A stretch of 64,000 nt of DNA, taken from positions 52,824,001 through 52,888,000 of the forward strand of contig CM075981.1 of assembly GCA_038087875.1 (NCBI GenBank), written 5' to 3'. Shown piece after piece: positions 37,875-50,389 of this stretch. Position numbers and translations under genes: made by a program. Position 1 is the first letter of the stretch, and every line of letters begins with the position of its first letter. A model generated the notes under the pieces. That model did not search any database, was not told where the DNA came from, and saw only the letters and a list, made by a program, of their open reading frames with translations. This stretch comes from Malacoraja senta. Lineage: Eukaryota.

Positions 37875-38345
37875 ATGTTGATCAAGAACATACTTCATTT
37901 TTGGATTTTCTAGTTTTTTAAATTTAATATTTAATGTATTTTGCATCGTGTGTAATATTGTGACAAAATCCAAATTGGTGAATATTAGCTAGCCCATAAT
38001 CCTGGTTCTTTGAATATCTTTGCAACATAATCAATTCTATTTGGCTTGTTAATTGTCCACATTTTTGGCATGTGGATGTCACAGACAGGATCAGATTTAT
38101 TGCTGTCTCAAATTGCCCATGAAAAGGTGCTTAAAGACCCATCTTTTTGAAGCACCAATTGTGATGAAAGTGTTGCCACAATACTGTTTCAGAATTAAAT
38201 TATAATATTGAAAAATGGAAATACTTTCCAGATCACAGAAACCTGGAGGTGTGGTATTTCAATGAACCTTCTACCTTGTCCTTCCAGGTGGCAGAGGTTG
38301 CTATTGACTGATGCTATTGACTGATGCTATTGTGCTATTGACTGA

Positions 38346-40823
38346 TGGGCCTTCCCACTTAGGCGACTTTTTAGGCGAGTGCAGGAGACTCTGCGCTTGC
38401 TACATGGTCGCCACATGTTCGCTGGTGGTCTTTGGTGAGTCTCCTTCATGGTCGCGAGGAGTTCTCGCATTCTGGGAACTAGTCGCGGTCTCAGTATGGT
38501 CGGCGCAAATTTTTCAACATGTTCAAAAAATTTCTGCGACCTAAAATTCGTCGCCATGGAGATAATCGATAATCCTGTAGTTGTAGGTGCAGTAGTAGTG
38601 GGGTCGCCATGTAGTTCTAGGTAGTCGAGGATAGTTTTAGTTAATCGCCTATGTTATTCATTTTCATTGGCTCATTAGGGAAAAAATACGTAAGCCGGAG
38701 TATTCTGAACCAAGGATAACCGACTGGCGAACATCAGTCTGCCGAACTTCACAGCTGTGTATCTCTGGCTTATTAAAAGTTGTGTGGCCTTACCACAAAT
38801 TTTATACCTCCCAAAGAAGTTTAAAAAAAAAAACTGGATTCAGACATTACTAATTTTATATGGGACTATAAATCACATAGAATACAAAGAACACACTTGA
38901 ACAAAGCTAAAGTATTAGGGGGCTTAGCACTCCCTAACTTCATGTATTATTATTGGTCAGTAAATATTAAAAATATGATTCAACTGATGGACAACTCTGC
39001 CCAGCAAGTGGACTGGATTGTAATGGAGAGAGAGGACTGCTCCTCTGGAAACATTGGAGCGATCCTCCTCTCACCAATGAAACTGAATAACATAAATTAT
39101 AACAAAAACCCAATTATACATAGTGCAATCAGAACTTGGAAACAAATAAAACAAAATTTAAAATTAAGAAATCTATTGCTTTTATCTCCAATAGTTAATA
39201 ACCCTTCGTTTAATCCCTCTATTACAGACAAATCTTTTATACAATGGGATAGACTAGGAATTAAAACGTTCGGTGACTTGTATGAAACTGGAAAATTACT
39301 ATCATTCCAACAATTACAAATAAAATATAAACTGGGAAATAATCATTATTTTAAATATTTTCAAATATGTGACTATTTGAAAAAATATACAAAAGATCAT
39401 TATAATAGCCCAGCAGATGTACTGGATGAAGCAATGCAGATAAAAGCTGAATCAGCAAACTTAATATCATATTTGTATAATATTATCTTAAATGTAGAAA
39501 TACCATCTACGGAAGGTATTAGAAGAGACTGGGAACAAGAATTAGCTATTAAAATCTCAAAGGAAAGGTGGAATGAACATTTATTAAACGTGCATAAATG
39601 TTCGATTAATGTAAGACAGTTTAATACAATTTAAAATTTTACATAGATTATATTATTCCAAAACTAAAATTAATAAAATTTTCCCAAATGTATCATCCAT
39701 TTGTGATAAATGTCAATCTCAAGAAGCTACTATAGCGCACTCATTTTGTTTTCTGTACAAAAATTCAAAAATTTTGGATTGAAATTTTTGAAATCTTTAC
39801 AAAATTATTTAAAATAAAACTGATACCCAAAGCAGAATGGATTATCTTCGGAACAACGGAAGATAGTCCAGAACTAAATGTGTTCCAAAAGGAATTAATA
39901 GACTATGGGTTAATAACTGGAAAAAAGTTAATCCTAAAATTCTGGAAAAACGCTCCAATTCCAACTATAAACATGTGGATTTCAAATATGTTCGAAACAT
40001 TACACCTAGAAGAGATAAGACTCCTCCTGGCAGGTAAACCAGATCACTTCCACCTGACGTGGTCTGCATTTATAGAATTATTACAAGTATAGGGTGCAAA
40101 AGTACTTTAAAATAAAACTGAGGTCAGGTAAGGGGGGATGAAAGCTGGAGAATTGGTATATCCCATTTGCGTGATGCTTACAACAAAGTATTTGTTTTTC
40201 TCTTTTCCCTCTTTCTCTTTTTTCTTATTTTTTAGGGTCTATTTCTTAATTCTTTTTTTATTTTTTTATTTCCGTCTTATAGGGTCTTTGTTCTTTTTTG
40301 TTGTCACGTTTTTTACACTTTCACTTTTTTCCTTCACTTTCTTCTTTCTCTCAATCTCATCCTTTCCCTTCATTAGTGTAAAAAATGACGGAGTACATTA
40401 ATTGTAATAAGATATACGTGACGAGTACTAATGTAATTGGTTGTAATGTAATGTACTTCTAAAAAATAAAAAAAATAAAATAAAAAATAAAAATAAATAA
40501 AAAGTTGTGTGGCTTCTTAAAAGTTGTCTCCACTCCTTCTCCCCCCCTCTCCCCCCCTTTTTTAAAGGACTTACCGTACACTGTGCTTTAGCCGTCTTAA
40601 TTACAGCGCCAACCTTCCTGTTCATCGCGGTGTGTGTCTGTATCACCTTGGCGTTGCACCTTGTGAATTTTTTAGACAGGGCAAGCGGGGGGAGCGCTCT
40701 CTGAACTGTGTGTGTGTTCCAGTCTGACAGTCGCCGTTCCAGTTGCCGGTTTTTCAGGCGACTGCCGGCAACTTGACAGTCGCCGGCAGTCCGCTGAAAA
40801 ATTGCCTAAGTGGGACAGGCCCA
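38346..40823. mobile_element. Non-autonomous PIF/Harbinger-like DNA transposon interrupted by L1
   Basis: TIRs tgggcct-tcccacttaggc and gcctaagtgggacaggccca; 3-bp TSD TGA at 38343-38345 and 40824-40826. Confidence 0.8.
38789..40499 (+). mobile_element. 5'-truncated L1/Tx1-clade LINE
   Basis: GGLALPNFMYYYW, FKILHRLYY and CDKC...AH motifs, T-rich 3' UTR and A-rich tail. 14-bp TSD aaaagttgtgtggc at 38775-38788 and 40500-40513, at a TT|AAAA site. Confidence 0.92.
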
Positions 40824-41319
40824 TGAAGGAACTAACAGTTGTGCAATTTGTACACGGTACAAACTGGCCTATGTTCATCCAGAGGTGGAGGGGATGAATG
40901 TGTAACATTGGAATGCCAATGAAATGGGGTGTTTTATTGTGAAGGGTGTCAAATTTCTTGATTATTGTTAGACTCATCCAGGTAAGTTGCATAATGTTTC
41001 ATAATGCTCTTAAATTGTGTTGTGTGGATAGTGAAATTCCTTTGGGGTGTTGAGCTGAATTGCTTGCGTATTGCTTTGTGGGTGGTCCATTTTAGTTTCT
41101 GGTCCGAAGCTATCTCAAGGATGTTTAGCATGTTAATAGAGGGATGTTAGAAGTATAAATGCATTTAAGAATCAAGAGTAGGTGTTCCGACTCTTTCTTA
41201 CTGTTTACGTTGTTGGTGTAACAAATGTTATGTGCAATTTTACTTTGCCAATTATGTTTTAAATTATGATTTTTATTTCGTCTTAAATTATGAAAATTGA
41301 AAAGACATTTATAAATCAG

Positions 41320-41642
41320 ATGGACACAGTGCTGGAGTAACAGGCGGTCAGGAAGTATCTCTAGAGAAAATGGATGGTAGACGTTTCGGGTTGGGACCCT
41401 TCTTCAGACTAATTGTAGTAAGGAGCGGGGGAGGATTGGAAGCGAGGGGGAAAAAAACAGGATATTTTTTTCTCTTGCTTCCAGTCTTCTTTACCCCACT
41501 CTCCTTACTACAATTAGTCCGAAGATGGGTCCCCACCCGAAACGTCACCTATCCATTTTCCACAGGGATACTGCCTGATCTGCTGAGTTACTCCAGCACT
41601 TTGTGTGCATCTTTGGTATAAACCAGCATCTGCAGGTCCTTG
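41320..41642. mobile_element. Palindromic Penelope-tail insertion with two opposed hammerhead-like cores
   Basis: Arms of about 130 bp inverted around 41460. TSD catt(t/c)ataaatcag at 41306-41319 and 41643-41656. Confidence 0.88.
41380..41407 (-). ncRNA. Minimal type I hammerhead ribozyme motif (PLE-type)
   Basis: Minus strand CTGAAGA-A-GGGT(ccca)ACCC-GAAA-C-GTC: conserved core, stem II, and palindromic ACGT in place of stem III. Confidence 0.65.
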
Positions 41643-41889
41643 CATTCATAAATCAGGATGTAAATAATTTTTGAGAACATAATCTAGTTATTTCAAGTAC
41701 ATGGCCTCAAAGAAGAGCAAATAGCAGCATCAAGGATGCTTCATGCTGTACTTTCATAATATTAGAGATTTACCTGTGCTCTACCTCCAGCTGTCATTGT
41801 TTCTGAGGCATTATTATTAACGATTTGTTAATAATTCTCTGAAATTTTAAAATTATCACGTAATGTTAACTTGCGTTTTCTCTTTTCAG

Positions 41890-42003
41890 GTGTTTTTAAT
41901 TATACACTTTAGGCCTTTGGTGAATTCTTTGGCTGAAGTTATCTTGAATGGGGACCTTTCAATGTTCGGCTTTCATTCAGAGCAGGACGCTTTGAAACAC
42001 TCA
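41890..42003 (+). CDS. CLEC16A: CLEC16A coding exon (exon 10 equivalent), 114 nt
   Basis: tcttttcag|GTG...TCA|gtaagt. Encodes VFLIIHFRPLVNSLAEVILNGDLSMFGFHSEQDALKHS. Confidence 0.97.
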
Positions 42004-42584
42004 GTAAGTCTTTCTCCTTCCTGTTCAGTAGAGATGGCTATCTAATTCCTCATTGAATGGAGATTTTGTGTTCCGTATAATATCTAATCTTGTTACAAAA
42101 TTCATGATTTACATGATTCTTGTTCTCAATGTTCACTTGATAGTCTTTACATTTAAATGACTAAGTTCATTTTAATGAAACATTTTTGATAAGTAGTACC
42201 TGTATCGGGAGAACGTTATATTGAACAATACTTGGAAAAAAGATGAACATTTAGAGACTGCAGAGTTTCTGCAAACATAACTGTAGAATAGGAGAGACTT
42301 TCCTTGAGGGAAAATCTGCAGATGTTTTTGTATACCAATTGCTAAGTGTTTACCATTTATTTTATGATTAGAAAATCAATTCTATCATTCTTAAATGTTT
42401 TGACAGCTGTTTGGAAGAGAGCAGTTTAAAAAAAATAGATTTTGCTTTGGCAAAATAATTTTTAAAATTATTTATAATAGTGAATATTAAAATGAAGTAT
42501 ATAAGATCATACACCATTCATGACCAGCTCTATCTGAGCATGAGGTAGTTTATCCTTAAATAGAATGCCAGAAATGGATTGTAG

Positions 42585-43075
42585 CGGACAGATGAGACTG
42601 CAGATGACTGTATCTAGAGCAAACTGTTGGGGAAACTCAACAGGTTAGGCTGCAACTGTAGAAGGAAATGGATTGTTAACTTTGTAGTCGAGACCCTTCA
42701 TTTAGACAAGAGGAAAGTATAAAGAACTGAGGTGGAGGGGTAGGGATAAAAGGTGGATCCCGGTGAAGAGGGGTTAATTGGGAAATGGAGTTGGATAGGG
42801 GACAGAAGGATGGAGATGGCGACGGGCTGGGAGGTTATAAGGGGAGACAACAAAGGGCTGCAGATTATAGAATCGGATAAAAGTTGGAATATTGGTAAGC
42901 AAAGGGAAACGGTGAGACGGAATAGGGAACTTAGTGGGAGGAGTGTGTAGGTGATGGGCAGATGGAGTAGGTGGGCAGGGAGAAAGAAATTGGTTGATAG
43001 GGAGCTGATGGAGGTTTCCAATGAAGAGGGGTATGTAAGAGGACCTGGGTAGATCAGGAGAGAGAAAGGGACATA
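42585..43075 (-). mobile_element. Degraded Penelope 3' tail
   Basis: actgcagatg...gtcgagacccttc followed by a purine-rich tract. Confidence 0.65.
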
Positions 43076-43323
43076 GAGTGTAATCTTTTCTTGATAATCA
43101 CTGCCACTAACTCTAGTAGATTTTGGATTATGCTTGACATATTTGTTTACAGAAAGTGACAAACATTTTAATTTGTAAATTGTAACTATTCTGCTGTGAC
43201 ATTTGCACATTTTATTTTAGTTATTTTTAGCCAAATGCAGCATTTTCCTCCCCTTATTTGAATTTCTGTTGAACAGATTATGTTGGTCCCTGGAGTGGGA
43301 TTGACTGCATGGCTAGAAATGTA

Positions 43324-44792
43324 CAGTGCCCTCCATAATGTTTGGGACAAGGACCCATCATCTATTTATTTGCATCTGTACTCCACAATTTGAGATTTGT
43401 AATAGAAAAAATATCACATGTGGTTAAAGTACACAATGTCAGATTTTATTAAAGGGTATTTTTATACATTTTGGTTTCACCATGTAGAAATTACAGCAGT
43501 GTTTATACATAGTCCCCCCATTTCAGGACACAATAATGTTTGGGACACATGGCTTCACAGGTGTTTGTAATTGCTCAGGTGTGTTTAATTGCCTCCTTAA
43601 TGCAGGTATAAGAGAGCTCTCAGCACCTAGTCTTTCCTCCAGTCTTTCCATCACCTTTGGAAACTTTTATTGCTGTTTATCAACATGAGGACTAAAGTTG
43701 TGCCAATGAAAGTCAAAGAAGCCATTATGAGACAGAGAAACAAGAATAAAACTGTTAGAGACATCAACCAAATCTTTGGTTTACCAAAATCAACTGTTTG
43801 GAACATCATTAAGAAGAAAGAGCACTGGTGAGCTTGCTAATCGCAAAGGGATTGGCAGGCCAAGGAAGACCTCCACAGCTGAAGACCTCCACAGAAGAAT
43901 TCTCTCTTTAATAAAGAAAATCCCCAAACACCTGTCTGACAGATCAGAAACACTCTTCATGAGTCAGGTGTGGATTTGTCAATGACCACTTTCCACAGAA
44001 GACTTCATGAACAGAAATACAGTGGCTACACTGCAAGATGCAAACCACTGGTTAGCCACAAAAGTAGGATGGCCAGGTTACAGTTTGCCAAGAAGTACTC
44101 ATCTGTGAAACACGGTGGTGGGGATGTTATGGCCTGGCATGCATGGCTGCTGAAGGTACTGGCTCACTTATCTTCATTGATGATACAACTGCTGATGGTA
44201 GAAGCATAATGACTTCTGAAGTGTATAGACACATCCTATCTGCTCAAGTTCGAACAAGTGCCTCAAAACTCATTGGCCGACAGTTCATTCTACAGCAAGA
44301 CAATGATCCCAAACATACTGCTAAAGCAACAAAGGAGTTTTTCAAAGCTAAAAAATGGTCAATTCTTGAGTGGCCAAGTCAATCACCTGATCTGAACCCA
44401 ATTGAGCATGCCTTTTATATGCTGAAGAGAAAACTGAAGGGGATTAGCCCCCAAAAAAAGCACAAGCTAAAGAAGGCTGCACTACTGGCCTAGCAGAGCA
44501 TCACCAGAGAATACACCCAGCAACTGGTGATGTCCATGAATTGCAGACCTCAAGCAGTCATTACATGCAAAGGATATGCAACAAAATACTAAACATGACT
44601 ACTTTCATTTACATGACATTGCTGTGTCCCAAACATTATGGTGCCCTGAAATGGGGGGAACTATGTATAAACACTGCTGTAATTTCTACATGGCAAAACC
44701 AAAATGTATAAAAATGGCCTTAATTAAAATCTGACAATGTGCACTTTAACCACGTGTGATTTTTTCCTATTACAAATCTCAATCTGCGGAGT
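43324..44792 (+). mobile_element. Tc1/mariner IR/DR-type transposon (right TIR truncated, internal deletion)
   Basis: TA|cagtgccctccataatgtttgggaca with an internal direct repeat near 43533. The inverted copy of the TIR starts near 44620. Confidence 0.93.
43685..44592 (+). pseudogene. Tc1 transposase pseudogene
   Basis: MRTKVVP..., GRPRKT, VKHGGG, QQDNDPKH, WPSQSPDLNPIE and GYATKY*. The segment with the first catalytic D is deleted near 44097. Confidence 0.92.
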
Positions 44793-45522
44793 CAATTGAC
44801 TTGGGTTACTCTTTTTGTTTACCGGTTTTACAAATGATGTATAAAGCATTATGAGAGCAGGAATTTATTTAAGAAAGTCTTTTCAAATTCTGTTAACTGC
44901 TACCATGAAAGCATAAGGTAAGGACAAAGCAGGTTAATCATTATCTTCAAGAAAATATCATGACTCTCTTCATTCGTCAGAAACAGTCCACTGAGATTAT
45001 CTATCTGGGAGCAACAATTAAATTGCAAACCCACTTTGTTATGCACTCAATTTTGAGGAATGTGGGAAATATCCACCTCCCAGTGGAACTCTGACAAAAT
45101 CATCTTTCAGTTGAAATGTCCTAAGGGGAGTGGGAGGGGACCAAATTTCTCAGTAAAGTGTCATCAATAAAGTCCCATCAACTCTAATCTACTAATATTC
45201 TTCTTCTGCTTTCTTGCTTCTCTGACCCTCCCTCTGACGTAGCTTTTTCCAACTCCACTGACTAACTCTTCATCTGAAACGAAGGTCTGTATTATTTTTT
45301 GAATATTTATAACCATAATTCGTTTATTCAACAGGTTTTGGCATGAATTGATAAATGGCTTTTAAAGCCAAATGTTTTGTGTTTACGATTGTATTCCTGT
45401 TATTCAGTTACATGCTCAGTATATATCAACATGAACTCCGAGGTATTTTTTCCATGCTAATTTTAAATAAAATGAAGTAACAGAGGTAAAATAGTTTGTT
45501 TGCGAAAAGATAGACAGGATTT

Positions 45523-45661
45523 CAGATTTCAGTTTGAAGAAGGGTCTCGACCCGAAACGTCTCCCATTCCATCCCTCTAGAGATGCTGCCTGTCCCGCTG
45601 AGTTACTCCAGCTTTTTTGCGTCTATCTTCGGTTTAAACAAGCATCTGCAGTTCCTTTCCG
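45523..45661 (+). mobile_element. Single-arm Penelope-tail insertion starting just 5' of a hammerhead-like core
   Basis: ttgaagaagggtctcgacccgaaacgtc at 45534-45561. 10-bp TSD gacaggattt at 45513-45522 and 45662-45671. Confidence 0.85.
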
Positions 45662-45974
45662 GACAGGATTTATATGATGGAAATGGAAAAACAAAACATT
45701 GGACTCACCCGAGTTATTCTTGAAAGAAACAAGAATTAAATGGTAAAAGTTCCGTGGAAATAAATTAATATTTTTATAAATAGAACCATGTAAATCTAGC
45801 TTGGATATGTTAGGGTCATAGATTTGTACAGAAGGGAAACGCTATCTTCAGCCCAACTTGTCCATGACAACCAGGTTGCCTACCAGAACTTGTCCCATTT
45901 GGCCCGTGTCCCTCTCAACCTTTTCTATCGGTGTACTTGTTCAAATGTCTTTTAACCATAAATGTATTTGTAAC

Positions 45975-46595
45975 AATTGACAACATTATCTTTATCGGGT
46001 TCTGTTGAAATGATGAGGGATGCAAGTTCAAAATTGTTGTCACACAGAGACCACTTCTGGCACAGATTGCTTTGTAATAATTCAGTCATCTTGGTGGATG
46101 TTATCAGTGTACATTTGGAGCAATGGCTGTTCCAGACCAATGAAAGGACAGGCATAGCTGGGTCCCATGCAAGTGCCTATGGCTACACCTTCAACTTGAT
46201 GAAAGTGAGAGGAGTTGGAAGAGAAGTTGTTGAAGTTGAGGACAAGTTCCGTCAGGCGGAAGAGAACGTTATTGGAGGGAAACTGGTTGGGTCTCTGGTC
46301 AAGGAAGAACCAGAAGTCCTTGAGACCTTTCTAGTGGGGGATAGAGGTATAAAGAGACTGAACATCCTTGGTAAAGATGAGGCAATGGGGCCTAGGAATT
46401 GAATTCAAGAGTTGAATCAAGGTATTTGGAGATGAGTTCTGTTGGGTAGAAGCTGAGGAAACAATGGGACTGCTAGGGCAGTCCTATTTGTGTATTTTGG
46501 AAGGAAATAAAAGCGGGCAGAGTGGGGCTGGGGAACTACAAGGTTGGATGCTGCAGAGGGAAGATCGCCAGAGGTGATGAGATCAGTAATGATTA
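45975..46595 (-). mobile_element. Penelope-like RT fragment
   Basis: The minus strand reads ARFYFLPK and GVAIGTCMGPSYAC (PLE RT GxxMG motif). Confidence 0.75.
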
Positions 46596-47394
46596 AGCCG
46601 TTTAACATTTGGAAAATACCACAGCCACAAACTGGAGAGTTTGAAACCGTTCTTGTTAATAAGATGTTTTAATAAGGCCATGGTAAAAGTAGGGTTGTTT
46701 TTTTGTGGAGGAGGGAGGTTATGGAGAGGAGGGAGATTCTTGAAGGAGAAGTGAATTATGAGTACATTGAGAGAAGTCAAATATTAAATGCTGTTCAGCA
46801 TGACGTGATCATAACTACTCCCTGGTCTTAATATAATAATTGAATTTGTGGGAGATAGTCATGCTATGCAATATCATAACTTTTATTCCTGTTACTTGAA
46901 CATGGATGCTCTACAGATTTCCATTGGATCTGTGCAATGCCTAATTTCATCCAGAAGCTATGCTTAGTACAGTTGTGATGTACTATAATTCATAAACTAT
47001 AGGGTACAGTAAAAGCCCATGGTTATAGTACCACACATGAAATGAATAAATTGGTACATAAAGTTAACATTGGTTCAAAATATTTCAAGTGTCAATCAAA
47101 AATATTGTTTTGAAACCAGCGATTTAAAAATGAATCAATTTTTTTATTAAGAATGGAAAGTATCGATATGTTGCTTCAAAGTGCCATAATTTGGGTGAGA
47201 TATACTGTAATTTCATTTTTGGTCTAGGTGTAAAATATTTGTGTAAGAATTTTTGACATGAATTGAATAATGAAAGTGGAACCTTGTACAAGAGCACTAT
47301 GTATTCGTCGTGATGGATACTCAAAAATATCATGTTGTGAAAATCATATTCATTGTGTCATTAATTTTGAAGAAGCCCTTCAGGTGTGTTGACA

Positions 47395-47612
47395 AGAGAG
47401 AGTAGTTCCATTTGCCCATCATCCTCTTCCCATCTGGGGTTCTACCTTTTACCTCTATCCCACTTTTCCATGTACTGTTGCCATACACTGGCAATCTTTC
47501 CTGTTCCCTCAGGCCCGATGCGGGGTCACGACCGGAAACATCGACATATCGTTTTGCCTCCACAGATGCTGCTTGACCCACTGAGTTGTCCCAGTGTTCT
47601 ATTTGTTTCCCC
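47395..47612 (+). mobile_element. Divergent Penelope 3' tail
   Basis: cccgatgcggggtcacgaccggaaacatc...cacagatgctgcttgacccactgagtt. Confidence 0.6.
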
Positions 47613-48614
47613 CGCTGTGTGTAGTTTAATACATTCATAGGATGTGGATGTTACTACCAAGGCCACATCTATTGCCTGTCTTTTACACTAATTGCCTATT
47701 ACACTGGTCAGTTATAAGTGGGTGGGAGTCGTGCAAAGGGCAAACTGGGTAAGCATGGAAAGTTTCCTTCCCTGAAAGGCGTAGTGAACCTGATGGGTGT
47801 TTGTGACAACCTGTAAGTTTTGTGTTCTCTGATTCAACCTTTCCATTCCAAATCCATTTAATTATTCAGATTCAGATTCAACTTTATTGAATTGAAATTA
47901 TAGATTGGAACAATATTTGGAATAAATATTTTCCTACTTTGGTTTCATCTTTAAAGATGCATTATTTATGAAGATATATTTCACTTAAAAGTTGATAAGT
48001 ATGGTCAGCTGAAAAAAATTCTAATTTAACCCATATATTTTTACTTCTATGCATATAATGCCACAGGTATTAAATGGAAAAACTAGCTCATTGCATGCAA
48101 CACATTTGTCTTGGTGACTGGAGTAAATTAATGGACAATACAAAAGGCAATGCTTACAAATGAGAATTTGGCTATGCAACCCCTATAATAATTCTTTCAA
48201 GATTTTTTTTCAATATAGCTACGTTTTTCAGCTTTAAGAAGCAATTTATTTTCAATTATTTTTCTTTGTAGAGATTAACGACCCACAGTTCACGGTACCA
48301 TATATTTGGCTGTGTTTAATTAATAGTTCTGTGGATCTGTAAATGCTGATTTGCAGTATTTGGATCTGTTAGTCATAAATTGTTGTTGGTTATTAACAGA
48401 TATTAAATGCTCTTTATAAAGAGTCTTGTGAGGTTTTGAGGAATCCGTGATAATTTAGATGCCATGATCTTGTGTGCTTGCATTAAAATCCATGGTTTGA
48501 TATGTTGCAGCCTTTACTTTGGTTCATTACCTTTTAATTTGACTTTTACTCCATGATTTAAAAATTTGTTATTTCTGTCAAGGCAATTGCTCTTTTTTAT
48601 TATGTGGATATTGT

Positions 48615-49860
48615 CATAGAGTGGTACAGCACACACATGGGCCTTTTGGCCTGCTATATCCATGCTGACAATTTCTGCCCATCTACACTAATCTGTTTTG
48701 CCTGAATTAGAACTGTATCATCTTGAACGTAGTAATTGTATTTGATTCCACCTCCTACTGTAGCAGTACTTTCCAGATATCAACCATTCAGTGTAAAACA
48801 AAACTAACCCTCGGATCCTCTTTAAAACTTTCACCTTCAACCTAGCCCTCTTGTTTTTGAAAATGTGATTATGGGACAGAGATTTTGACTATCCAATGTA
48901 TGCCTCTCATAATGGTGTACATTTCTTTCTGATCACCCTCGGGGCCTTTTGCTCCAGGGAAAACAAGGCCAGCCTATGCAATAACTAAAAACTTCTGATC
49001 CAAGTGATATCCTGCTGAATCTTCTCTCTAGTCTCTCAATGAGATACGATTCTTTATAATGTGGTGGCCAAGGCTGCATACAGTACTTACATCTGTGGTC
49101 AAATGCGTGAGGGACCTAGGGGTACAGCTAAAATCAATCAATCAATCATTCAACCTTTATTGTCATCTTGCAAGCAACAGTTGTACAGTGCAAAATGAAA
49201 AGACGTTTCCCAGGGAATACCGGAGCATCGCACATGAAATTTAAAACATTTCACACATAATAACACTAAAAACAATCCAGTCCCTGATGGAACAGTATAA
49301 ATAGTTAAAAAGTAGGTAAAACAACAACGTTAAAATACAGTAAAACCAATCATAAACATGTCCGGGGCAGCTGATTTGAGTGGCCAGTGCCAGTTATTGA
49401 AGTTCTCTAAAATTGGTGACACAGGTAGACAGGATGGTGAAGTAGATTTTGGCCTGCTTCCCTTCATTGTTTGGGGCACATATAGGAGTGGAATGTCATG
49501 TAGCAACTGTACAAGTCATTGGTGAGATCACACGAGGAGTATTGTGCGCAGTTCTAGTCACCCAGCCACAGGAAGGATGTCGTTAAGCTGATAAGGGTGC
49601 AAACAAAAAAATCACAAACATATTTCTGGCAGTTGAGGGTTTGAGTTGTAAAGAGAGAAGAGATAGGCTGGGACTTTTTCCTTGGAGCATAGGAGGTTTG
49701 AGTGTGGCTTCATAGAGGTATATTAAATTACGAGGGGCATGGAGTAGAGGGGCAACTTTTTCACACAGAGTGGGGTATATGGAACAAGCTGTCAGAGCAA
49801 GTTGTAGAGGCAGGTACAAGTACAATGTTTAAAAGACATTTGGACAGGTACATGGGATAC
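48615..49860. mobile_element. Cluster of degraded CR1 pieces (minus 48615-49105, plus about 49400-49860) with a minus-strand LINE 3' end at about 49133-49400
   Basis: CR1 C-terminal remnants in both orientations, and a (tcaa)n tail followed by tttatt. Confidence 0.55.
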
Positions 49861-50039
49861 CCCTGGCAATATGTGACCCCAAGCACAGTCACCTGAGGGG
49901 AGGCAGGTCTTCAGCTGATCAGCATTGCCCTGCACAATGGCTATACCTCTTGTAGCCCATGCAGAGCAATTCCTTGAATCGTTGTATCCCATCCTTATTT
50001 CCCTATGGCATTACAAATTATTCCCTTTCCCCATCAATC

Positions 50040-50250
50040 TCCTACCTATTTTTTTTAAAACCTTCTCTAAGTAATTTACAATAGCCAAATAACCTATGAG
50101 CGTGTCGTTGGTATATAGGAGGATACCAGACTGTGCCAAGGAAGGCATGTCATCTTGAATACAACATGAAAACTCCATGCAGGGTCAGGATTGAACCCAT
50201 GTCACAGGAACTGTGAGCTGTGCAAACTGTGTACCATCCTGCCACCTTGT
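50040..50250 (-). mobile_element. V-SINE remnant
   Basis: Reverse-complement B-box (ggattgaaccc) and aaactcca...tttacaatagccaa. Confidence 0.5.
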
Positions 50251-50389
50251 GCTCATCATTTCTGTTTGTAAGAAGTCAGTTCTGTCCCATGTTGCCAGGA
50301 TTGGAGATGAAGCTTTCTCCCCTATTAATACTGACACCAGGCAAAGCATTCCTGCCTTTGCCCATTGTTCTTATCAATGGTCATTTGCG

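Noticed and set aside
40138-40401. Phe-rich hydrophobic ORF
   Set aside because: It is a translation of the T-rich L1 3' UTR.
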